A stretch of 64,000 nt of DNA from Haliotis rufescens (taxonomy: Eukaryota), in the NCBI RefSeq assembly GCF_023055435.1, contig NW_025964383.1:17298001-17362000 (forward strand), written 5' to 3'. This document shows positions 41,988 to 50,451 of this stretch, in pieces. The position numbers and the translations under genes are program-made. The notes beneath the pieces were generated by a model. It made no database searches. It was not told where the DNA came from and saw only the letters and a list, made by a program, of their open reading frames with translations. Every line of letters starts with the position of its first letter. Positions within the stretch are counted from its first letter, which is position 1.

Positions 41988-42395
41988 TTTCTAGGGCCTT
42001 CGGACACAACACTAGAATGCAGTCGGATGAAATACTACAGGAATTCAGTAGCGCCAAATTTGGATAATTGGAAAGTAGATGTGTTCGTTTTCACGGATTG
42101 AGATGAAGTGAAGGACTCCACTTACTTACTTACTTACTTTGGAGATTTAACGTGCGCTTTCCGACTGATGCGTATTTCGCACACGGGCCCGGCCAGGCCA
42201 TTTAATGTGTTTCCGAAAGGGGCGAAGGTGGTCTGTGCAACCCAAGAGGGGGGTTTTAGGGGTTGCTTATATAGAATTTGGGAATTTTGAGATTTGGAAT
42301 AGATGCCGATGGGATTGGGGAGGAGAACTAAGGGAGCTGGGTATGGTGGATGTTTGTTTGTTTATGTGATTTTGATTTGGTGAGTTATTGTGTTT

Positions 42396-45300
42396 TTAGA
42401 TGCGTTTTATTAGTTCCGTTTTGATTAAGAATACGCCTAAGGCCTTGAAGTTTTCTAGTTTATTTTGTGGGTTTAGTATTGCTTCTAGAGTTAGAGCCTT
42501 GTTTAGATTGAGGGTGGTTTGTAATGCGGTTCGATGTGTTAGGTAGTGTGTGCAGTGGATGAGTGCGTGTTCTGGGGTTTCTGGTTGTTTGCAGTGTGGG
42601 CAGTTACCTGTAGTGTGTTTTTTAATTTTTTTTAGGTGGTTATTTAGGTTGGTGTGTCCTGTTTGGAGTTTAGTGATTACTCTGTCGATTTTTTTGGATG
42701 GATGGAGAATTTTTGGTTTGGTTAGTGGTTTGCTGAGCACTTTTTTGATTTGGCTATTTGAGTTTAGATATAGGTTATGCCATTTTTTGGTGATTTTTTG
42801 CTTGTTTACACTTTTAATTTCTGATTTTGAGATGGGTAAGTTTAAGCTTATTTCTGGGATTTTGAGGGATAGTTTAGCTGCTTTATCGGCGTTTTCATTA
42901 CCGTATATTCCTACGTGGGCGGGTATCCACAAGAAGGTTATTTGTTTGCCTGCCTTAGTTAGGTCGTTGGAGCTTTTAAGTATTTGATTTATTAATTTAG
43001 GTCGGTTTTTGGTATTTTTGTTTTGGAGGGCTTGCAGTCCACTTAGGGAGTCGGTAAGTATTAGGATTTTTTTGTGGTTTTTGGATTCTTGATTATGGAG
43101 GGCTGAGGCCATGCCCATTAGTTCTGCCGTGAATATTGATTGGTTGTTTGGGAGTCGGAAGGATTGTGTGGTTTTAGTTGGTTGTGTGGTATGGACTCCG
43201 AAACCTGTGTGTTTGGAGGTCGGATCTGAGGATCCGTCCGTGTAAATGTGACACCAATTTGGCCAATTTTCGTGTATGTATGCTAGTGTGGTAGTTTTAG
43301 CTATGTTTGGGTCGGTTTGTTTATTTATTTGGCTAGCTAGTGTTGTGTCTATTTTGGGTATTTTAAGTTTAGGGGTGAAGATATTTGATTGTTTGCAGTT
43401 TTGTTTAAGATTTTTAATTTGGTGTTCATTTAGGTAGTTTGTTATTCTTTGGGATATTGGGGTAAGTAAGGGGTGTTTACGAGCTAGAGCTTGGTTTTTG
43501 GGGCTGATGTTTTGGTTTATTAAGTTTTGGATGAGAGGGTTTGATTGGGACGCGGCCCAGAAATTTAAGCTTAGCTGTTCCCTGCGTAGACTTAGTGGCA
43601 TTTCTCCTGTTAAGGCCTGAAGTGAGGTGTAGGAGGTGCCATGTTGGGTGCGTGTAATTAGTTTGAGAGCCTGATATTGTATTGAGTCAAGTTTTTTAGA
43701 TAGAGAGTTGTTTAGGGTGTTGTATATGGCGCAGCCGTAGTCTAGTTTTGATCTAATTAGTGATATGTAGAGAGAGAGGAGGGTATCTTTGGATGCTCCC
43801 CAGTTAGAACCAGTTAGGCATCTTAGGGTGTTTAGGTCTTTACTGCATTTAGTTGTTAGGTTTTGGATGTGAGCATCCCAGGTGAGATGTTCATCGAAAA
43901 TAAGTCCTAAGAATTTGGTTTGTTTTTGAAATTTGATTGTTTGATTGTTTAGCTGGAGGATTGGGGAGGCGGGTTTCATGTTTTTATGTTTGAATACTAT
44001 TCCTGTTGTTTTTTCTGAGTTAAGGGAGAAGCCCCATTTGTCAGCCCACTGTTGTATTTTATTAAGAGATTTTTGGAGTAAATTTTGGACCATGTTCATG
44101 CTTTTAGTGCGGATCCAGATGGCTCCATCATCCGCGAATTTTGATGTGTTTACTTTAGGGGATAGGCCCTCGAATAGATCGTTTATCATTATATTGAAGA
44201 GGGTGGGGCTGAGGATACTGCCCTGTGGAGTACCATTTTCTAGGGGACATTGGTCCGATAGAGTTTGGTCTATACCCACGGTTATTTTACGATTGTTTAG
44301 GAAGTCGAGATTATTTGCTTTTTGGGCGGGGTTGGTTGAGTTGTCAATGTTAGGGTTTTTTTTATGTCGTTTTAAGCCTCTGATGGCGTGGATTTTGCGC
44401 CAGACCGTTCTGGCATCTGTACGGTTATTTATACCTTCGCAGAATTTTTTCCAGTCTCTACTTTTGGCTATTTGGACTAGTTTTTGAACCTGGTGGTTTA
44501 GTTCGTGGGCTATGTTTAAATATTTGTAGTCGCGTTTTGCTTTATTGAAGGCTGATTTACGTTTTCGTCTAGTCTGTTCTATTTCCTCATTCCACCATGG
44601 TACCGTCGGTTTGCCTGTCTTAGATGTTTTGAAGGGGATGGAGGTTTTGGCTGCGTTTATTATATAGTCTGTTAGGTTTTTACAATAGGTTTCTGGATCA
44701 TTATTTTCTATTTCGTTTAGGTTAGCTTCGTTGCAGATATCTTGGAATTGGTCCCAGTTAGCTTTATTGTAATGGAATTTTGGTTCTTGGTTTTCTGTTT
44801 GGATTGGTACGTTTGTATTCCCTATGGTTATGTTTATGGGGAAGTGGTCACTACCTAGCGGGACGTCGTGCACTTCCCATTGAGTACTTTGGGCTAGATC
44901 TGCGGTGCATATGGTTAGGTCGATAGCCGACATTTTTTGGTTTATCTTATCGTACCTCGTGGGTTGGTTGCTATTAAGGAGTACTAGGTCGTTTGTTTCT
45001 ATCCATTCGGAGATTAATTTGCCATGATTATCTATTTTATCATCTATGCTCCATGTAGGATGGTGAGCGTTAAAGTCTCCTAGGAATATAGTAGATTTAT
45101 CGCTTATTTGGAGTAGTTTGTTTAGATCCTCAGGTTGGACTTTTTGTTCCGCCCAGTGGTAAATATTTATGATATTTATGTTTCGGTTATTTAATGTGAT
45201 TTTAATGCCGTTGGCTTCTAGGTTTGGCGTGTCTATTTTTATTTCTTCGTAATTTATATCTTCCCTGATAAATATGATTAGTCCTCCTGCGGCTCTTCTT

Positions 45301-45515
45301 GTTTTCGGTTTAGCTCTGTCAGTTCTAACTGAGTTGTAGTTAGGTAGTGTGAATTTGGATTTTTTTGAGAATTTGGTTTCCTGTATACAAGCAATGTGAG
45401 GGCCTTTATTTAGTTTAAATTTAGTTTTTAGTTCATGGCCGTGGGAGGTGAGTCCGTTGGCGTTCCACTGAAAAATATTTAGTCCTTCGAATATTGGGTT
45501 CGGGTGATTGGTGAT
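42396..45515 (-). CDS. ORF2 of LINE copy B: APE endonuclease, deleted RT, RNase H, CCHC; open frame of 1039 codons with no initiating ATG
   Basis: Manual translation extends the 845-aa ORF by 194 stop-free codons to a TAA at 45518-45516. These contain the APE motifs FQWNANGL, IACIQET, AGGL, NIY, LGDFNAHH and PTR, followed by IDL and SDH. Confidence 0.88.
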   Translation of the reverse strand: MTNHPNPIFEGLNIFQWNANGLTSHGHELKTKFKLNKGPHIACIQETKFSKKSKFTLPNYNSVRTDRAKPKTRRAAGGLIIFIREDINYEEIKIDTPNLEANGIKITLNNRNINIINIYHWAEQKVQPEDLNKLLQISDKSTIFLGDFNAHHPTWSIDDKIDNHGKLISEWIETNDLVLLNSNQPTRYDKINQKMSAIDLTICTADLAQSTQWEVHDVPLGSDHFPINITIGNTNVPIQTENQEPKFHYNKANWDQFQDICNEANLNEIENNDPETYCKNLTDYIINAAKTSIPFKTSKTGKPTVPWWNEEIEQTRRKRKSAFNKAKRDYKYLNIAHELNHQVQKLVQIAKSRDWKKFCEGINNRTDARTVWRKIHAIRGLKRHKKNPNIDNSTNPAQKANNLDFLNNRKITVGIDQTLSDQCPLENGTPQGSILSPTLFNIMINDLFEGLSPKVNTSKFADDGAIWIRTKSMNMVQNLLQKSLNKIQQWADKWGFSLNSEKTTGIVFKHKNMKPASPILQLNNQTIKFQKQTKFLGLIFDEHLTWDAHIQNLTTKCSKDLNTLRCLTGSNWGASKDTLLSLYISLIRSKLDYGCAIYNTLNNSLSKKLDSIQYQALKLITRTQHGTSYTSLQALTGEMPLSLRREQLSLNFWAASQSNPLIQNLINQNISPKNQALARKHPLLTPISQRITNYLNEHQIKNLKQNCKQSNIFTPKLKIPKIDTTLASQINKQTDPNIAKTTTLAYIHENWPNWCHIYTDGSSDPTSKHTGFGVHTTQPTKTTQSFRLPNNQSIFTAELMGMASALHNQESKNHKKILILTDSLSGLQALQNKNTKNRPKLINQILKSSNDLTKAGKQITFLWIPAHVGIYGNENADKAAKLSLKIPEISLNLPISKSEIKSVNKQKITKKWHNLYLNSNSQIKKVLSKPLTKPKILHPSKKIDRVITKLQTGHTNLNNHLKKIKKHTTGNCPHCKQPETPEHALIHCTHYLTHRTALQTTLNLNKALTLEAILNPQNKLENFKALGVFLIKTELIKRI

Positions 45516-45534
45516 TTATTTTTTATTTTTTATT

Positions 45535-47175
45535 TTATTCGGTGAGTTCTTTTAGATGGAGGTTAAAGAGGAAGAAGGGAAGATCGGTTAATTTTAGATT
45601 GAAAGCTACTTTGTAGAAGGATTTCATGCTAGCTTTTGGTGAGTTTTGACTATGCATGTATGCTAGGAGTAAGGTGAGGTTGTTTAGGTTTTGGGTGTTG
45701 GCTGGTTGGGGAGTTTGGTTTGTTTTAGTTGGAGTAGTGTCTATTGTTTCCTCAGTAGTGGAGAAATCTTCGTCATCGGTTAGATTAGGTTTAGCTGATT
45801 GAGTTTCCATGGGGGAGGCATGTGATGTGGAGGATTGTGAAGGTGTTTGTGGGATGGGTGTAGCTGATGATTTCATAGTGTTTGTGTTTTGTTGTTGTGC
45901 TTGCTTGTGGGAGAGCGTTGTTACCATATTGGCTGTAGGGTGCTTGGATGAGGGTCGTGTTGTGGTGGTCATTTTGAGGTTTGTTTTGCATGCGGGGGTT
46001 GATGTTTTGGCTATGTGAGATGTGGGAGGGTTCGTGGTTGGTTGAGTGGCTGCTTGTATGTGTGAGGTGGGTGCGGTTTCTCGGTAGGGGCCCCAGACAG
46101 AGCTGTCGGTTATGGGTGTGGTGTTTGTTTGTGGGATGGTGTTTGGGTGTGGTGTAGGGAGGAGTGGTTTAGATGCAGGTGTAGCAAATTTTCGTGTTTG
46201 GATTTTAGCCGTGTCTATGTTTATGTGTTTGTTGGCCTGCTGGGTGAGTGTGTGTCTGTATGGGCATTGGTTTGAGAGTGAAGTGTGTTGGGTGGATTTG
46301 CAGTGGATGCACCAGGGTGTGCATGTGCCTGTGCAGTCTGTTTGTGCGCATTTTTTACATTTAGTTTTACGGTATGTGCATTGGGAGGCAGTGTGGTTGT
46401 ATTTGAGGCACTTTGTACATTGCTTAACCTGCTTTATATAGGGTTTGACTTCTAAGTTGGTGTGGGCTCCGAAGGATATGTGTTTGGGGGCTTCAGGGAA
46501 TTTAGCGGTCTTTTTGAAGTTGATTATGACAATGGAGGTTGGGACCGTTTTTCCGTTTCTAGTTGAGGTTATTCTACGCGTGCTGGTGATTAGGGGTTGA
46601 GGGTTTTGGTCTTGGTTTATGTTAGCTTCTAGAGAGTATAATTGTAAGTCCTCAGTTGTTTCCCTTGGGTTAACCCTAATTACGCCTCGTGTATATTGTT
46701 GCCAATTAGGTGTTTGTTTGATTACTGTGACGTGGAATATTTGAGTTATTTTATTTGCTGCGTTGTAAGATTCTCGGTTAGGGAAGATTATCTGGTATCC
46801 TTTGTTGGCTTTTTTAATATTGTTGTAATTTATTTTTTCTCTTTTAAACCAAAGTCCTATTTTATCTGCCGAAAGTTCTAGTGAGAGAGTGGTGCCTGAG
46901 CCTGCTGAGAAGAAGTAGAGGGCGAAGGTCGTGAGGAAGGCGGCCGGGGTGGGTGTGGGCGATGGAGGTGGAGTGGATGTGTCGAGTTTGCGTTTTTTGG
47001 TGTTTTGAGGTGGCGAGTTAGCTGGTTTGGTGGGGGTGGTGTGTGTCGTGTTTTCGCCATACTCGGTCGGGACGATGTTTTCGAGTGACCTCCCGGAAGT
47101 GTTGTGCGCTTCCGCAGGCGTGGGTGAGTTAGGAGCTGGCATGTCTGCGAGTGTGGCGTTGCGGGTGTCAGTCAT
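45535..47175 (-). CDS. ORF1 (gag-like nucleic-acid chaperone) of LINE copy B, 546 aa
   Basis: Zinc-knuckle cluster CTKCLKYNHTASQC / CKKCAQTDCTGTC / CIHCKSTQHTSLSNQC, directly upstream of ORF2, with Pro/Thr-rich flanks and a KKRK motif. Confidence 0.9.
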   Translation of the reverse strand: MTDTRNATLADMPAPNSPTPAEAHNTSGRSLENIVPTEYGENTTHTTPTKPANSPPQNTKKRKLDTSTPPPSPTPTPAAFLTTFALYFFSAGSGTTLSLELSADKIGLWFKREKINYNNIKKANKGYQIIFPNRESYNAANKITQIFHVTVIKQTPNWQQYTRGVIRVNPRETTEDLQLYSLEANINQDQNPQPLITSTRRITSTRNGKTVPTSIVIINFKKTAKFPEAPKHISFGAHTNLEVKPYIKQVKQCTKCLKYNHTASQCTYRKTKCKKCAQTDCTGTCTPWCIHCKSTQHTSLSNQCPYRHTLTQQANKHINIDTAKIQTRKFATPASKPLLPTPHPNTIPQTNTTPITDSSVWGPYRETAPTSHIQAATQPTTNPPTSHIAKTSTPACKTNLKMTTTTRPSSKHPTANMVTTLSHKQAQQQNTNTMKSSATPIPQTPSQSSTSHASPMETQSAKPNLTDDEDFSTTEETIDTTPTKTNQTPQPANTQNLNNLTLLLAYMHSQNSPKASMKSFYKVAFNLKLTDLPFFLFNLHLKELTE

Positions 47176-47449
47176 GTTGTTTGGAGAGTTGGAGAGCGTC
47201 TGTTGTGGTGAGTGGTGGTGGAGTGGGAGTGGTGTTTTGGGGAGGTGAGTTGGTTTGTTGTTTTTACTTGGTGAGTTGTGTTTAGGAGGCGGAGGAGGTT
47301 GCGGTGGTTATTTGTTGTTGGTTTTAGTAGGAGGGTTTGTGAAATGGATTAATTATTAAAGATTTATTTTGTTGCTGGAAGGCTGGGATAAGGTGAGACA
47401 AGTGGAAAGCGGGGATTAGGAGATATTTAGTCGAAGGAGTGGAGGTATG

Positions 47450-47660
47450 TGAGTGGTGGGCGTGGGTGGTGAGTAGGAAAGAGCGTGCGTTGTGTTAAGG
47501 AGAAGGGGGGATTAGGTGTTTTTTTGTTTTTAGGAGTTGGGTCAAAGGGTGTGTTTGAGTGGTGGGCGTGGGTAGCGAGTAGAAATGAGTGCGAGCTGTG
47601 TTAGGGAGATGGGGGAGGATAAGGTGTTGGTTATTTATAAGAGTTGAGTGTTGTTGTTGG
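47450..47660. repeat. Diverged ~106-bp tandem duplication in the LINE 5'UTR
   Basis: TGAGTGGTGGGCGTGGGT...GAGTAG...TGTGTTA...AGGTGTT occurs at 47450 and 47556. Confidence 0.75.
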
Positions 47661-47691
47661 TTTTAAGGATTTAGGGGTTTAGTGATTAATT

Positions 47692-48022
47692 CGGTGAGAG
47701 TGATGTATGTGAATAAGGATGAAAGGATAACGTGATAATTACCGATGATGGAGTTTCCTTGGCTGGCTATCAGGCAATGCTCTGTGCTGGCTTGGGAAGT
47801 GTTGCTCGCTTGGCCAAGACTCGATTATTTACAGACCGCTGTCCTATAGCTGGAATATTGCTAGGTTCGGCGTTAAACAACAAACAAACAAACGATGAGA
47901 GTGATTTTAAGAGTATGTGAATAAGGCTGAAAGGATAACGTGATAATTACCGATGATGGATTTCTCCTTGGCTGGCTATCAGGCAATGCTCTGTGCTGGC
48001 TTGGGAGGTGTTGCTCGCTTGG
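47692..48022. repeat. ~120-bp direct repeats (47692-47813 and 47893-48022) flanking an 80-bp insert in the LINE 5'UTR
   Basis: TGAGAGTGAT...GAAAGGATAACGTGATAATTACCGATGATGGA...TTGCTCGCTTGG is present twice, with a few substitutions and an 8-bp indel. Confidence 0.9.
47814..47892 (+). mobile_element. 3' fragment of a SINE-like retroposon, antisense to the LINE
   Basis: AGACTCGATTATTTACAGACCG...TATAGCTGGAATATTGCT...CGGCGTTAAA followed by a (CAAA)n tail. From memory it resembles gastropod (abalone-type) SINE 3' ends; not database-verified. Confidence 0.65.
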
Positions 48023-49829
48023 AGTACAAACTGCAACTGCAGTCCGTGCAAAACATTTATACTGACCCTTAGTATAAACATAGTAGTGGAGATTTATAGA
48101 TCAAAGAGAGCATTTTCGAAGCCAGTGGCGAGATCAAAGCTACACTGCAACTTCATTAGGCTTTGATCCGAAAGGAATCTCACTGTCCACTTGAGAAACC
48201 AATCAACTTCTTGTCAAAACAAGTTTCCGTATAAAGGGAGAGGTCTGAGAAGAGTTCAACCAATCTAGTCCTGTTATCTCCAGGGATTATCAATCATTGT
48301 TAATTGATTAAATCGGGATTGATCAAACGGCGCAGTACGTTGTGATACTTAAAAATCCGATGTGGTTACTTTCGCATCCACAGAAACCAAGTCACAGAAA
48401 CTTCTATCAGCTTGGAAATCGTGTGATGCTTCTCTGAACGTTTAGTTTCAATTAAAAAACCCGAGAAAACCATGTCCACAATCCTAAGAAATCCTTACTC
48501 TGGTAGGCAAAGGCAAAGTGAATAAATGTACAGTCAAATCTTGAACTTATTGTACACATCTGTTTGAGGTCGTAAATGCTATGATAATCTGACCATTTTC
48601 CCAACCCGTCTTACATGATCGAAATACAGCACGTATGTTTTGAAGCATTTCAAATACTATTTTTTATGAATACCATCATCATGGTATAATTGAAGCAGCT
48701 CATGTATCTGGATATTAACCATCTTAGAAGCTTTTGGATGGACGTCGGCTACTTAAAAGGTTACTATATAAATAAATAAATAGGCATGTACAATAAAGTT
48801 TATGTGTGTTAAATGATCTAGAGACATCATCTTCAGTGTATAACTGTCATGTTTTTGGGAGAATTACAAAGCACGGTGTCATGATTTATATCTTTGAATA
48901 CAGAATGCTGTTAAAGCACATGATGGAAATTGGAGTATGTTGCTAGATAAACATAAGCACGTTGTTAGCATTGTTTTTGAAAGATGCCCACTGTTTCATG
49001 TCAGGATATTCTGATCTTTACTTTTTAGTGCCTTTCAGGGGAATAGTATTCATCAAGTGCTGACTTGGATCAGAAATGTTATTTGGCCTGTGTTGATGTC
49101 AATGTTTCAATTTCCTTTTGTTTTCCATGCTGTCTACATTGACAATTTTTAACATGCATGACTCTCTCCTTAAGCACTTGGGCATGTACATTTCAAAAGG
49201 AAAGAGAAACAATTAAATGCTCTGATAATATGAAATACAACCTGACATATATATCTCGCAGATCAATATCATATGGGGTTGTGGTTCGTCTGTCTAAATC
49301 CTTTTGCTGTAGGATCGGCATGGATACGGAAAACGAATTGCAACGTTCCAAACTGTATTTAATGTTATGGTGCAACCATTACATTGGAATCTCTTCTTCT
49401 CCATCATACCTAATGTCCAAATGTGTTTCATTTCAATTGATCTTATATTCAATAGTCTGTATCTTTTTCCTATTTCAAAGAATAGATTAAGGACGATATC
49501 TGCGAATGATTGCCATACTCAGAACCAAGGAAAATGATCGAAGGCTTGGTATTGTGAGATACCATCTCAAATTAACCTTTTCTCTCTCTCACAAACTTTC
49601 TATACGAATGATGTCTTCAAGATGTCGTGAGCGTGTCAGCAAATGATCAAGATTATAATATCGACTTCATTATTTATTTCCTCAGCATATTCATCAACAA
49701 ACAAATGTGGTTTACAATATAATAGGATGCCCTTTGCACACTGTCAGGCAACATTTGTGTACAATAACAAAAAATGAATAACAAGGTAAATGCAGCACTA
49801 GTTGATGTGGATGGGACTTGTGATTTCCC

Positions 49830-50451
49830 TTAGGCGTTTCTATGAAGTGCACTGTCGTCTACAGACAAAGCTCGACTGAGAGTCGTCATATCGTAGCTGC
49901 TGTCGTTGCTGTATAGGTCTCCCTGGTCTTCGTCGTCCTCACTATATGAGCTGTCGGACAAGAGTTCCGCGAAGGAAGCTTCATCATCATTGAAAGAGGT
50001 ATCTGCATTCCAGTCCGCCTCCGAATCACTCTCTGCAGAAGCATCTTTGGTGATGGCGTTTACACAGGCTTGCACCTCTTGCCACTTGAGTTGTCTGTAG
50101 ATGGTAAACATCTCCTTGACACCTTCCAGCACCCATCGTCTCTGGATCAGCTGTTCACCTCGGATTATGCAGTTGTTGGAGGAGTTGGCTGTCATCTTCC
50201 GCATCAGATGGTAGACTTGGGTATCTGAAAACAATAAAACGGGTAATTAGAAATCTCGCTAAATGTGTTCACAACAATGTCATTTTATTTTGTTCAATTC
50301 TAAAATTCAGTGTGATACCAATATTGCCATGTTTGCAGGGGACTGAAAAAGAGCACAGTTCATATTTACCTAATGTCAGGATCTCTTTCACTGCATTGTC
50401 GTGGGCAATAAGGAGACGTCTCAGCTTGATGGCAACTTGAACTGGATCCAT
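49830..50451 (-). CDS. Array gene copy 16 (158 aa, T to A variant)
   Basis: Same structure as copy 1. Confidence 0.78.

Larger units (their letters stand above)
42121..48039 (-). mobile_element. Non-LTR retrotransposon copy B, same family, apparently full length (5'UTR, ORF1, ORF2, 3'UTR, (TAAG)4 tail) with an internal 663-bp deletion
   Basis: Same 3' junction as copy A and near-identical over the shared part. The 5' end starts CAGTTGCAGTTTG and joins the host at CAGTCCGTGC with at most a 2-bp duplication. Confidence 0.95.

Noticed and set aside
36540-47920. Short + strand and alternate-frame ORFs over the LINE copies
   Set aside because: Antisense or frame shadows of ORF1/ORF2 caused by biased composition; some cross insertion junctions.
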